A stretch of DNA of 64,000 nucleotides from Minisyncoccota bacterium (GCA_041666305.1 JBAYHD010000003.1:30266-94265); one strand, 5' to 3'. Shown: positions 37,502 to 47,506, counted from the stretch's first letter. The notes: generated from the letters alone by a model not told the origin. Made by a program: numbers and translations.

Positions 37502-39031
37502 ATGAATAGACGAGCATCAGAATATAAGCCACTACTGTTTACAACTACACTCAGAAACCCTGAGCGACTAAAGTGGTTTTTGAGGGTGTTAAAAGATTAC
37601 GATGGGAAAATTTTGACGAATGGATTAGCCGAAGAAATTGCAGGTGAACTCATAAAAAGCGGGTTATATAAACCAACAAGATTAAGTGATGCTGTAAAGA
37701 AGAAAATAGAGGAAAAGGAAATTCTTTCTGATAAAGAAGTGGCAAAAGTTTTGAAGGATAACCCCCAAAATCATAAAGAAGCGGGATTCAATAAAGGATG
37801 GCCTTCCCGTTTTGATACATGGTTCAAGATTGCAAAGGAGCTCGGGTTTGTTTTCTACAAAATGGGCGAAAAAATACAGTTTTCCGAAATAGGATCAAAA
37901 CTTGTAGATAACGAACACCCGGAATTTGAGCAACAAGCATTTTTAAATGCGTTCGTAAAATATCAAAGTAACAATCCATTCAGGCGCGTTTTAAATGAAA
38001 ATGTACCACTGATTCTTCTGCTTGAGGTGGTTCAGAAATTGAATGCTGACAAGGATTTTAATGACGCCGGAATATCAAAGTTAGAATTACCCCTTATCAT
38101 TTTTTGGAAAGATAATAATGCGGAAGAATTATACCAGCGTATTAAAAAGTTGCGTAAAGATTTCGGGTATTCGCCGACATGGGAAATTATTGCAGACATT
38201 TGCCGGGAAGAAATAATGGAAGGTAAAGACATTGTTCGAGATGATGAATCGATAATGGTCGATTACCCAGATGAGTTTATTCGGAAAATGCGTCTCACAG
38301 GTCTGATTTCTTTGCGAGGCGGCGGTCGTTTTGTCGATATCAATAAAAATGAACAAGCAAGGGTTGATTATGTTTTAAAGACGTACTCGACTTATTCAAA
38401 ATATGAATCCGAGGAAAAATACTTTGAGTATATTTCAAAGATTGATGCGAACCTCGTTTCTGTCGTAGCAAAGCCGATAACAGTCGCGGAACAGGACGAA
38501 TATCTGAAAAAATGGGTTGGGATTTATCCATGGGATACAATCCGTGCAGAGATGTTAAATCTCTCAAATAGACATCTGACAAAAGACGAGATTCTTAAGT
38601 ATCTTTCTAATCCTGTTCGCCTTGAATTTCTTGCGGCTTTGGCGGTGAAATCAAAATTTCCTGACATAAGAGTTATTCCAAATTATGCTGTTGACGATGA
38701 GGGGCTACCTACTTCAACGGCGGCAGGCGTTGGGAACACGGGCGACATAGAATGTTTTGAGGATGTGAATGGAATCTTGATTGAGGTGACTATGTCAGAA
38801 GGAAGAACTCAAACAATGATGGAAGTTTGGCCCATTGCTAGACATCTTCAAGAATTTGGCAAAAAGACAACAAGCTCCATGTGCTATTTTGTTGCGCCAA
38901 GTATTTATTCAGATTCTATAAAGCAAATTGAGTACGTGAACAGGGAGGATAATATTCTCATCGTCCCTAAGACGATAGAAAGATTTCTTGAACATTTAGA
39001 TGAGAGTTCGGTGCTTTATTATAAAATATAA
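37502..39031 (+). CDS. candidate restriction endonuclease partner of the two adenine MTases (family unassigned; AlwI/PleI-like arrangement is a guess)
   Basis: 509 aa, low-GC, immediately downstream (3-nt gap) of two D12 MTases as in two-MTase GATC/GAGTC-type R-M systems; acidic D..E..E/K cluster GDIECFEDVNGILIEVTMSEGR near C-terminus. Confidence 0.4.
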   Translation: MNRRASEYKPLLFTTTLRNPERLKWFLRVLKDYDGKILTNGLAEEIAGELIKSGLYKPTRLSDAVKKKIEEKEILSDKEVAKVLKDNPQNHKEAGFNKGWPSRFDTWFKIAKELGFVFYKMGEKIQFSEIGSKLVDNEHPEFEQQAFLNAFVKYQSNNPFRRVLNENVPLILLLEVVQKLNADKDFNDAGISKLELPLIIFWKDNNAEELYQRIKKLRKDFGYSPTWEIIADICREEIMEGKDIVRDDESIMVDYPDEFIRKMRLTGLISLRGGGRFVDINKNEQARVDYVLKTYSTYSKYESEEKYFEYISKIDANLVSVVAKPITVAEQDEYLKKWVGIYPWDTIRAEMLNLSNRHLTKDEILKYLSNPVRLEFLAALAVKSKFPDIRVIPNYAVDDEGLPTSTAAGVGNTGDIECFEDVNGILIEVTMSEGRTQTMMEVWPIARHLQEFGKKTTSSMCYFVAPSIYSDSIKQIEYVNREDNILIVPKTIERFLEHLDESSVLYYKI

Positions 39032-39032
39032 A

Positions 39033-39479
39033 ATGAAGGTTCTTTCTAAAAATAGAAATAAAGAAAATGGAGATATTGGGGAACAGGAAATCGTAGATTT
39101 GATTTCTTGTCCTAATTGCACTAAAAGACTTATGTTGTTACCACAAAGCTATCCTTTGTACGATGTTCAATGCATCGCTTGTTCCTTTCGTGCTCAAATT
39201 AAGACGAATCTATGCAAGCCGAAACCAATTATATTTGGTGCAGGATGGGAGATAATTGATAAAGTGTTAAAATCTGGATTTCTTGTGCCACCGTTATTAG
39301 TAAATTTTAAGTGGATAGAAAAAGAGAAAAATAGACAGGAAGTTAGATTTTATCCGTTTATTCCAAAAACGAATTTAAAGAAGCGTTTTACTACAATAAA
39401 GAAATCTGGACGTGAACTTTGGATGTTTAACTATGTTGGTTTAGATAAATTGCCGTATTTTGATCTATACATAAAATAA
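39033..39479 (+). CDS. small Cys-rich (CxxC...CxxC zinc-ribbon-like) protein in R-M island, hypothetical
   Basis: LISCPNCTKRL...YDVQCIACSF; AT-rich, K-rich. Confidence 0.35.
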   Translation: MKVLSKNRNKENGDIGEQEIVDLISCPNCTKRLMLLPQSYPLYDVQCIACSFRAQIKTNLCKPKPIIFGAGWEIIDKVLKSGFLVPPLLVNFKWIEKEKNRQEVRFYPFIPKTNLKKRFTTIKKSGRELWMFNYVGLDKLPYFDLYIK

Positions 39480-39895
39480 ATCCACTGAAATGCTGGCGGG
39501 AAAAGTTTAGTGGCTAGTCGCTCTTATGCTTCGTCTTGTCGACGAGCACAAAGACTTTCGCTTTACCTCCGTTAGGAGGAACACGATCGCCTTTGGACAG
39601 AGTAATCTCACGTTTCGTTCCCGAAACTAGATACTGCCCTGACTTAGGAGCAACGCCGCCTGTTTTGACTTTAGTCATAACGCGGTGCGTTAAATCTGGT
39701 AATTCCGAGGGCTCGAGCTACTCGCGACCCCCGAGCCAGGGCTCTAATCTAGAGCGCTGACCAGGGGGGAGGAGCTGAGTTGACCCCTTAGAATGCAGAA
39801 ATGGGCGTCTCGCCGATCCCGCCAGCATTTCAAAGGACTTGCACCGATATTATACAAAAAATCATAAATCCTTGTAGCTTTTGAGGTGAATACGA

Positions 39896-40669
39896 GTGGA
39901 GTACAATAGCCCCATGAAAGTACTCTTTCTGGATACCGAGACCACGGGGAATGGAGATAAGGATAGGCTCTGTCAGCTGGCGGTGAAGGAGCGTTTTATA
40001 GACGAGCCGCTGGTGAACGCGACCTACAAGCCGCCGGTGCCCATTTCTATAGAATCCATGGCGATACATCACATCACCGAAAGACAGGTGGCGGCGCGGC
40101 CGGCATTTGTGGACGCGCCGGAGTATGCGAGCTTGAAGGACTTGCTCGAGAGCGATGAGGCAGTTGTCGTCGCCCACAACGCGGCTTTTGATAATGCGAT
40201 GCTCAAACGCGAGGGCATTGTGCCGCGCAAGACCATCTGCACCTACAAGCTCGCCTATGCTCTCGACCCGAACGACCAATTGCCGAATTATCGACTTCAA
40301 TACCTGCGCTATCTGCTCGACCTCGACGTGGAGGCCGAAGCGCATGATGCGTGGGGCGACGTGCTCGTGCTCGAAGCGCTTTTTGAACGGCTTGCAGAAA
40401 AAATGAAGGAACGACACGGGACCGAAGAAGCCGCGTTTGAGGCGATGCTCGCAGTATCGGCGCGGCCGCTCCTTTTCACCACGATTCGCTTCGGCAAATA
40501 TAACGGCAAGCGACTGGAAGATATCGTGAAGACAGATCAGGATTATCTCGCGTGGCTCCTGAAAGAAAAACAAAAAGAGCCGGCCGGCGAGGAGGATTGG
40601 ATTTACTCACTCAAGCATTATTTGGACAAGGGGGAGGCGGGATACGGACCGCTGGATCTCGAGATTTAG
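39896..40669 (+). CDS. DEDDh 3'-5' exonuclease (DnaQ/epsilon-like) with C-terminal extension
   Basis: Exo I VLFLDTETTG, Exo II VVVAHNAAFD, Exo III HDAWGDVLVLEALF. Confidence 0.7.
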   Translation: MEYNSPMKVLFLDTETTGNGDKDRLCQLAVKERFIDEPLVNATYKPPVPISIESMAIHHITERQVAARPAFVDAPEYASLKDLLESDEAVVVAHNAAFDNAMLKREGIVPRKTICTYKLAYALDPNDQLPNYRLQYLRYLLDLDVEAEAHDAWGDVLVLEALFERLAEKMKERHGTEEAAFEAMLAVSARPLLFTTIRFGKYNGKRLEDIVKTDQDYLAWLLKEKQKEPAGEEDWIYSLKHYLDKGEAGYGPLDLEI

Positions 40670-40738
40670 TAAGGAGTCACCTTACGATGGGGAAGTGATA
40701 TACTTTTTCGTATAGAACCTCAAGATATCAAAAGTCAT

Positions 40739-41623
40739 TTGCCGAGCATACTCCCCGCCGTGGTTGTGTTCCTTTTGCTCGGCGGAGTTCTTGTGTATGC
40801 GTTTATGCAAATTTCCGCATTGACGGGAACGATAGGCTCTCTGAGTCAAGAGCTGGCGTCTACCACGGCAGCGTTGTCACAGAACGCAAACCAGCTTTCA
40901 CAGAACATTACGGACCTGCGTGCGCAAAGCGCCGGACTCTCCGACACGCTTTCGAGCGCGCAACAAAATATTGATGCGGTGAACACAAAAGTCGGCGGCG
41001 TTGCACAAACCGTCGGCACCCTCGAGAAACTTTCACAGATAGATCCTGAACTTCTGAAAAAATACTCCAAGGTGTATTTCATGAACGAAAATTATGTGCC
41101 GGCGCACCTGACTGATATACCGAGCGAGTACCTCTACAACGAAAAGATTCCCCAAAAATTCCTAACGGAGGCTTCGACATTTTTGAAAAAGCTATCTGAC
41201 ACGGCAAAAGCGAACGGCGTCACTCTGTATGTCCAATCCGCGTACCGTTCATTTGGGGACCAGCAATCACTGAAATCTTCGTACTCGGTCACCTATGGCG
41301 CCGGTACCTCCAACTCGTTTTCTGCGGATCAGGGCTATTCAGAACACCAGCTTGGAACAACCGTTGACTTCATCACCACCGGGCTTGGCGGCACGCTTGA
41401 CGGTTTTGACACTACTGCGGCGTATCGGTGGCTTCTCGCAAACGCCTACCGTTACGGCTTCGTGCTTTCGTATCCAAAAGGCAACGCGTATTACGTCTAC
41501 GAGCCGTGGCATTGGCGTTTCGTGGGGAGGGAGCTCGCCACGTATCTCCACGCCAATGGCCTGAACTTTTATGACATGGAACAACGCGCAATTGACGCAT
41601 ACCTCATCAATATTTTTGACTAA
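40739..41623 (+). CDS. membrane-anchored M15-family D-Ala-D-Ala carboxypeptidase (VanY-like)
   Basis: N-terminal TM + coiled coil; YVQSAYRSFGDQQSL and SEHQLGTTVDF (SxHxxGxAxD) zinc-binding motifs, PWHWRF. Confidence 0.7.
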   Translation: MPSILPAVVVFLLLGGVLVYAFMQISALTGTIGSLSQELASTTAALSQNANQLSQNITDLRAQSAGLSDTLSSAQQNIDAVNTKVGGVAQTVGTLEKLSQIDPELLKKYSKVYFMNENYVPAHLTDIPSEYLYNEKIPQKFLTEASTFLKKLSDTAKANGVTLYVQSAYRSFGDQQSLKSSYSVTYGAGTSNSFSADQGYSEHQLGTTVDFITTGLGGTLDGFDTTAAYRWLLANAYRYGFVLSYPKGNAYYVYEPWHWRFVGRELATYLHANGLNFYDMEQRAIDAYLINIFD

Positions 41624-41671
41624 CTAGAACCAAATACGCGTGCGACGGATTGCTGATACAATGAAGGCATT

Positions 41672-42586
41672 ATGAAAAATACCATCATCGCCGTTCTCGT
41701 CATTGCGGTCGTCGGTCTCGGTGCGTATGTGCTTACCCAAAATTCGCCTAAAAATGCGGATGTAACGCCAGGCCAGGGTACAACCGCCGACACGACCCAG
41801 ACACAAAGCAACGTACAAACACCGGCAGTCATAACGAACAAGGAAGAGACAGTCATTGGGCAATCCGTACAAGGCCGTGCTATTACCGCGTACCACTATG
41901 GGACCGGTAATCAGGAGATCCTGTTTGTCGGCGACATACACGGCGGGTTCACCTGGAACACCGCTCTCCTTGCGTACAAAACGATGGATTATTTCAAGAG
42001 TAATCCGGACGTTATTCCGAGTAACTTGAAAGTGACGGTCATTCCGGTTTTGAATCCGGACGGACTCTTTGCCGTCGTGGGCACTTCTACCGCCAGTTTT
42101 ACGCAAGCGGATGTGGCGCCGTCCTCGGCGGCGCAAATCGCCGGTCGCTTTAATGCGAACGATGTGGACCTCAATCGCAACTTCGATTGTGACTGGAAGT
42201 CGAGCGCAATCTGGCAGGGGAGAACGGTAAGCGGGGGAAGCGGAGCATTTTCCGAACCGGAGAGTCAGGCGATAAAGAATTATGTTCAAACCAATACACC
42301 GAAAGCGGTGGTGGCGTGGTACTCCTCCGCCGGCGGCGTATTCGCATCGAGCTGCGGCAGTGGCGTTCTGCCGGAGACGCTCGCCCTCACGGATATCTAC
42401 GCCAAGGCTGCCGGCTACACGTCAAACGAAAGCTATGACTTCAATGCGATACCCGGCGATATGGTCAATTGGCTCGCCAAGATGGGGATTCCCGCGATTA
42501 GCGTTCTCCTCACCACTCACACGAGTACCGAGTGGACCAAAAATCAGGCAGGTATTAAAGCGATTCTCGATTACTACGCAGAGTAA
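41672..42586 (+). CDS. M14-family zinc carboxypeptidase (gamma-D-Glu-DAP peptidase-like), membrane anchored
   Basis: HGGFTWN, IPVLNPDG, NDVDLNRNF motifs. Confidence 0.7.
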   Translation: MKNTIIAVLVIAVVGLGAYVLTQNSPKNADVTPGQGTTADTTQTQSNVQTPAVITNKEETVIGQSVQGRAITAYHYGTGNQEILFVGDIHGGFTWNTALLAYKTMDYFKSNPDVIPSNLKVTVIPVLNPDGLFAVVGTSTASFTQADVAPSSAAQIAGRFNANDVDLNRNFDCDWKSSAIWQGRTVSGGSGAFSEPESQAIKNYVQTNTPKAVVAWYSSAGGVFASSCGSGVLPETLALTDIYAKAAGYTSNESYDFNAIPGDMVNWLAKMGIPAISVLLTTHTSTEWTKNQAGIKAILDYYAE

Positions 42587-43470
42587 TGAGCGATTTAAAG
42601 AAAAGACTGGCGGTCGTCGCAGTCGCGGCCATCGCGATATTTGGGGGTATCGCGTTTGTCGCGTACCTCTTGCGAACTCCGGTACCGATCGCGCCCGCCC
42701 CGATAGCTGAGGTTACGGTTCCTGACACCTCTCCACGGCACGTCGTCATTGGTAAATCGGTGGAAGGTCGCGCGATTGATTCGTATACGTATGGCACGGG
42801 AACGACGCGCCTCGGATTTGTCGGCGGTATGCACGGCGGGTATGAGTGGAACAGCGTGCTTCTCGCGTATGACCTCATGAATTATCTGACCGCACACCCT
42901 GAAAGTATCCCGGCAAATCTCTCCATCACGGTAATTCCGGACGCCAACCCCGACGGCGTATACAAGGTGCTGGGTGCTGAGGGGCGCTTCACCATCGCGG
43001 ATGTGCCGACCGGTACCAGTCTCGTACCGGGGCGTTTCAACGCAGACGCCGTGGACCTTAATCGAAATTTCGCCTGTAACTGGCAGGCGACCAGCACGTT
43101 CCTCGGAAAGGTGACGAGCGCCGGGACGGCGCCGTTCTCCGAGCCGGAAGCGCGGGCTATTCGCGATTTCGTGTTGGCCAATAGTCCGAAGGCGATGGTG
43201 TTTCTGCACAGTAAATCGGGCGCCGTATACGCGTCAGAGTGTAATGGCGGCATTCTCCCGAAGACGCTTGAAATTATGAAGGTGTACGCGCGCGCGGCGG
43301 GATATCGGGCGATTACTGTTTTTGATGCGTATAAGATAACCGGTGATGCTGAAGGATGGCTCGCTTCCATCGGCATTCCCGCGATCACGGTTGAGCTCAC
43401 GACCCATGAGACCGTGGAATGGGAGCGAAATCTCTCCGGCATAAAGGCACTTTTTGAATACTATAAATGA
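42586..43470 (+). CDS. M14-family zinc carboxypeptidase, tandem paralog
   Basis: MHGGYEWN, IPDANPDG, DAVDLNRNF; same architecture as upstream gene; start overlaps upstream stop. Confidence 0.7.
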   Translation: MSDLKKRLAVVAVAAIAIFGGIAFVAYLLRTPVPIAPAPIAEVTVPDTSPRHVVIGKSVEGRAIDSYTYGTGTTRLGFVGGMHGGYEWNSVLLAYDLMNYLTAHPESIPANLSITVIPDANPDGVYKVLGAEGRFTIADVPTGTSLVPGRFNADAVDLNRNFACNWQATSTFLGKVTSAGTAPFSEPEARAIRDFVLANSPKAMVFLHSKSGAVYASECNGGILPKTLEIMKVYARAAGYRAITVFDAYKITGDAEGWLASIGIPAITVELTTHETVEWERNLSGIKALFEYYK

Positions 43471-43500
43471 GGTGAGGCGGGCGGTGTATAATAAAAGTAT

Positions 43501-43803
43501 ATGAAAGGATTTCTGGATTTCATTCGGGAGCAGGGAGTAGTGGGGCTGGCGGTCGGCTTCATCCTCGGCGGTGCAGTGTCCAAGCTCGTGTCGGCGCTCG
43601 TGACCGACATCATCAATCCGCTCATCGGCGTGGCGTTCGGTGCGGTTGGAGGGCTGAAGACCGCGTCGTTCACGGTCGGGTCCGCGGTATTCCTCTACGG
43701 CGACCTCATCAGCGTCCTCGTGGATTTCCTCGTCATCGCGCTCGTTGTCTACTTCGGCGTCAAACTGCTCCGCCTCGACAAGCTGGATAAGAAGAAAGAA
43801 TGA
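43501..43803 (+). CDS. mscL: large-conductance mechanosensitive channel
   Basis: MKGFLDFIREQGVVGLAVGFILGGAVSKLVSALVTDIINPLIG canonical MscL TM1. Confidence 0.85.
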   Translation: MKGFLDFIREQGVVGLAVGFILGGAVSKLVSALVTDIINPLIGVAFGAVGGLKTASFTVGSAVFLYGDLISVLVDFLVIALVVYFGVKLLRLDKLDKKKE

Positions 43804-43828
43804 AGATTGAATCTGGTAAAATGATTTT

Positions 43829-44275
43829 ATGGATAACGACGAACTAAAAAAATTAGCACAAGAGGTTTTGAACGATGCGCGTCTGATAAGTCTCGGGACC
43901 GTGGATGAGAATGGAGTGTGGGTTGCCGACGTCATTTACGTCCCTGATGAAAACTTGAATCTCTATTGGATATCAATGCCGCAAGCCCGCCACTCGCAGG
44001 CGATAGGAGGGAATAGTAAAGTCGCGTGCTCGGTGACCGCGAGCCACGAGACGAATAAGGAGCGGGCACTCCAGATAGAAGGCGTCGCCGAAAAAATAGA
44101 CGGCCCGCTTTTTGAATACGAAAAAAAGCTGGAAGCAAAAAGAGGACTGCCTGCTCCGCAGGCGGAGGGGGAGATACTGGCGAAAGGGCATAGCTGGTAC
44201 GTGCTCAAGCCCACGAGAATTGAACTCATACACAGCGAGCTGTTTGGCTACGAGCGGAAGTCTGTTCAGCTTTAA
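43829..44275 (+). CDS. pyridoxamine 5'-phosphate oxidase-like FMN-binding protein
   Basis: LISLGTVDENGVWVADVIYVPDENLNLYWIS split-barrel PNPOx-like pattern. Confidence 0.55.
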   Translation: MDNDELKKLAQEVLNDARLISLGTVDENGVWVADVIYVPDENLNLYWISMPQARHSQAIGGNSKVACSVTASHETNKERALQIEGVAEKIDGPLFEYEKKLEAKRGLPAPQAEGEILAKGHSWYVLKPTRIELIHSELFGYERKSVQL

Positions 44276-44295
44276 ATCGTAAGGTGAAAAGAGAA

Positions 44296-44319
44296 CGCCG
44301 CGCTTTCCTAAGCGCGGCG
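44296..44319. terminator. bidirectional terminator CGCCGCGCTT-TCCT-AAGCGCGGCG
   Basis: Perfect 10-bp stem between convergent genes. Confidence 0.5.
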
Positions 44320-44381
44320 AAATTGAGAGTCCTATCCTCGGTCCAATCACGGCAGTTTCTGCGCGCGGTTTGGTAAGGTTG

Positions 44382-45341
44382 TTAAACGATCATTTCCATA
44401 TAGTCGTATGCTGCACCGATCTCCAAAAGCGAGAGCGGTTCGATGACGCTTCGTAAGAAGTGCCGGGCATCGCTCACATTGTGGTCGATGTCCTTGTCCG
44501 TCGCCATCGGGTCGTGGTGCGTGAGATACAACTTCTTTGCACCGGCCCGGATGGCGAGCTCCACGCAATACCGCGGCGTGCCGTGACCGAAGCCTGCGGT
44601 ACGCACCGCATACGTTTCTTCCGAATACTGCCCGTCTTGAATGAGCAGGTCGGCATCGCGTACATGGGCCAGCAAGTCCTTCGGGTGGTCAGCCAGTTTT
44701 TCATGGTCGGTCACAAAGACGAAAACACTGCCGGTCGGGTTTTCCACGACCCGATACGAAACCGCGAAATCCGGATGGTCGGTTTTGTACATCGTGACGA
44801 TGAGGCACTCGCTCGCATCACGCCGCTGGTCGCCCAGCTGCAGTTGCTTGTGGGCGCCTATCGCCGAAAGATACTTCGCCGTGGAAAGCAGATGGATACC
44901 CGCTTTCGGATGCACGACGAGCACCTGCAAGCCCGGATTGAGGAACGATCTGCACTTGAAGCGGTGCTCTATCTGCCCGAAGAGTCGCGGGAAATACCGC
45001 TTCTTGAACAAATCCATCATCGCTTCTTTCGGACCGCCCCCGTCTTCTTCGGGACCATACACGGATACGCGCGCGCTTTCTGCATGCGCATGCGGAGCCA
45101 TGGGAAGCCCCATCAGATGATCCCAGTGGTAATGCGTCTGCAGGATCACGAGATGCGGGTGCGTCGCGATGTATTTTGCGGAAAGAGGGAAGATCCCGGT
45201 TCCCACATCGATTGCAAATACCATATCGGGCGGTAAACAGCCAGACTGTATCTGCACACAGGTGGTATTGCCGCCGTACTTCACGTTTTTCGGCGAAGAA
45301 ACGGCCATTGAACCTCTGGTACCCCACGTTGTTATCTTCAC
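44382..45341 (-). CDS. MBL-fold metallo-hydrolase
   Basis: LQTHYHWDHLMGLP (HxHxDH) motif and downstream His/Asp ligands. Confidence 0.7.
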   Translation of the reverse strand: MKITTWGTRGSMAVSSPKNVKYGGNTTCVQIQSGCLPPDMVFAIDVGTGIFPLSAKYIATHPHLVILQTHYHWDHLMGLPMAPHAHAESARVSVYGPEEDGGGPKEAMMDLFKKRYFPRLFGQIEHRFKCRSFLNPGLQVLVVHPKAGIHLLSTAKYLSAIGAHKQLQLGDQRRDASECLIVTMYKTDHPDFAVSYRVVENPTGSVFVFVTDHEKLADHPKDLLAHVRDADLLIQDGQYSEETYAVRTAGFGHGTPRYCVELAIRAGAKKLYLTHHDPMATDKDIDHNVSDARHFLRSVIEPLSLLEIGAAYDYMEMIV

Positions 45342-45540
45342 TATTGCCTCCGTTTGCGCGGCTTATGAAGCCACTGTTGGATTGTGTCGGAAAAGAACTC
45401 TCGCCCGTGAATCTAACAATAAAAATGAGAAAATGCAAGATTAACGTGTGGGGACTTACGAAGTCCCCAGTTCTGATTTCGGACGATTTTTGGCGGGGGA
45501 GAGTGATATAAAATTAATGCATTAACAATTAGCAACCCGT

Positions 45541-45912
45541 ATGGCTCTTACACTTCTTGCTGCAAAAATACTAGGCATCTATCTGGTTGTCGGCGGTTTG
45601 ATGGTCATCATTCGCGGGAAGACGCTCCCGCATCTTATGAAAGATTTCTTCGGCCATCCGGCCGTCGTGTACCTGACCGGCGTCATTCTTATCACTTTGT
45701 CATCGGTCTATCTGCTCCAGAAGAATGTCTGGGATGGAAGCTGGCGCACTATCATCACGGTGCTTATGTGGGCAACTCTTGTAAAAGGGTTGTCCTACAT
45801 CTTCATTCCCGGTGCGCTTGAGAAAATGGTTAACAAAAAACTCTTCGATTTTGTGAGCCTCTACGGCCTCATCGCAATCGCCGGCGGCATCTACCTCTTC
45901 TACCTCGGTTAA
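45541..45912 (+). CDS. 4-TM membrane protein, hypothetical
   Basis: 123 aa hydrophobic; terminator AAAAGCCCGCGCGAAGCGCGGGCTTTTCG follows (45947-45975). Confidence 0.4.
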   Translation: MALTLLAAKILGIYLVVGGLMVIIRGKTLPHLMKDFFGHPAVVYLTGVILITLSSVYLLQKNVWDGSWRTIITVLMWATLVKGLSYIFIPGALEKMVNKKLFDFVSLYGLIAIAGGIYLFYLG

Positions 45913-45987
45913 TTCACTTGGAGGCGAAACCTCCAAGTAAAAACAAAAGCCCGCGCGAAGCGCGGGCTTTTCGTAAGGTGCATCGGT

Positions 45988-46365
45988 TCAGTGCAGGATT
46001 CTTTTTGCGGGAACTTGGTTTGGTACCCCTTCAAATCGAGAAACAACATCCTCGCGCTTCTCTCCTTTGAGTTCTCTGCGAATCCGGTCGAAAAATTCAA
46101 TCTTCTCTTTTTCCATCGCGCTGAGCATCTCGTCCAATTCATCATTCTTGAGTTCAAATCCGCTCGTTGCGATCATGCGCACGTACTCTTCGGATGCATT
46201 TCTCGAGACTTTTCCGTCGTGTATCAGTTTCGCCAGAACCTTCATGCCCTTGGAGACCGTTGCGAACTGCTCGCTTTCGGTGCCATCTGTGCAGGTGATC
46301 CAGCCGTGGCGGAATTTGCAAACGGGGCAGTACGATACATACGCGGTGTTTCCGGAATCGCTCAT
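45988..46365 (-). CDS. zinc-ribbon protein, hypothetical
   Basis: YCPVCKFRHGWITCTDG Cys4 cluster, acidic helical C-terminus. Confidence 0.4.
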   Translation of the reverse strand: MSDSGNTAYVSYCPVCKFRHGWITCTDGTESEQFATVSKGMKVLAKLIHDGKVSRNASEEYVRMIATSGFELKNDELDEMLSAMEKEKIEFFDRIRRELKGEKREDVVSRFEGVPNQVPAKRILH

Positions 46366-46780
46366 GTTCTTCTCCCGTGGTTGTGCTCCTGCATGGTAGT
46401 TAAGTCCTCCATGGAGCGTCTGTCAATAAAAAGTAAAGGACTCCGCGGGGGAGTCCTTTTTGCTGCATGCCGTACGCTTACTTTTTCTCCGGCCACTTCC
46501 GAGTGGCCATCAGGCATTCCAGCCACTTCTTTTCCGATACGGACCGCATTTCCGCGCAGTTCCTTGTCGGCGTAGAAACCACCACCACCGTGGTTTTCTG
46601 GGCGTATGAGATTGCCACAGGAAACCATACGGCGAGGTTCACTATCGCCACTGTCGCCAACAGCACTGTTTTTCTGTTCATTGTGCACCCCCGTATGAAG
46701 TTCAAGGAAAAATCAATTGCTACACATAGTATACACGAATTGCGTGTATTGTCAAGTATACAAGGACTTCGTACGCCTAC

Positions 46781-47506
46781 TTATTTCATCCCGATTTTGG
46801 CGAGGAAAGTGGCGAGTTCATCTCCTTCGATAGGACGCCACGCGCCCGGTTTCAAATCTTCGAGACGGATATTCAAAATGCGCGTGCGCTCGAGCTCGAC
46901 GACCATGTTATGGAGGGCCGCAACCATGCGGCGTATTTGATGTTTCTTTCCTTCGGTGAGCGTGATGCTAAAACTTTTCGGACCGGTTTTGCGCACGACA
47001 CAGGGCTGGGTGAGGTACCCTTCGATGTCGACGCCCGCTTCCATCGTTTTCTTGAAGCTCTCGCGCAAGGGCTCGCTCGTGCGCACGCGATATTCCTTAT
47101 CATGATCGTATTCCGGATTGAGAAGCCGGTCGGTCACGCGTCCGTCGTTGGTGAGGATGATGAGCCCGCTCGAATCTTTATCGAGCCGGCCGACAGGGAA
47201 CACATCCATCGGCACGCTTGTCTTGATATCTTTCTCGCCGAGCTGGGGCGAATGCGTAATGACGCCGACCGGCTTGTTGTATGCGAAATAGAGATGTTTC
47301 TTTGTCCCAGTCTTACCGCGAAGGGTCACCTCATCTCCCTTGTTGATCTTCTCGCCCAAAAGGGCGACGCGGCCATTCACCAGCACCTTCCCGCGAGCAA
47401 TGAGCTCGTCTGCGCCACGGCGCGTCGAAATACCCTCGTGGGCGAGATATTTATTGATGCGCATCGGATATTCTTCTTCAGCGGGGCTTTTCTGCATATT
47501 CGGCAC
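46781..47506 (-). CDS. RsuA/RluB-family pseudouridine synthase (S4 domain + catalytic domain)
   Basis: MRINKYLAHEGISTRRGADELIARGKVLVNG (S4), PVGRLDKDSSGLIILTNDG catalytic Asp motif. Confidence 0.85.
   Translation of the reverse strand: MPNMQKSPAEEEYPMRINKYLAHEGISTRRGADELIARGKVLVNGRVALLGEKINKGDEVTLRGKTGTKKHLYFAYNKPVGVITHSPQLGEKDIKTSVPMDVFPVGRLDKDSSGLIILTNDGRVTDRLLNPEYDHDKEYRVRTSEPLRESFKKTMEAGVDIEGYLTQPCVVRKTGPKSFSITLTEGKKHQIRRMVAALHNMVVELERTRILNIRLEDLKPGAWRPIEGDELATFLAKIGMK

Noticed and set aside
39700-39800. GC-rich hairpins (GGCTCGAG...CGAGCC, CCAGGGGGGAGGAGC) that might be a small ncRNA such as SRP/6S RNA
   Set aside because: No match to the conserved SRP domain IV or other ncRNA signatures I can recognise by eye; left as part of the inverted-repeat-bounded segment.
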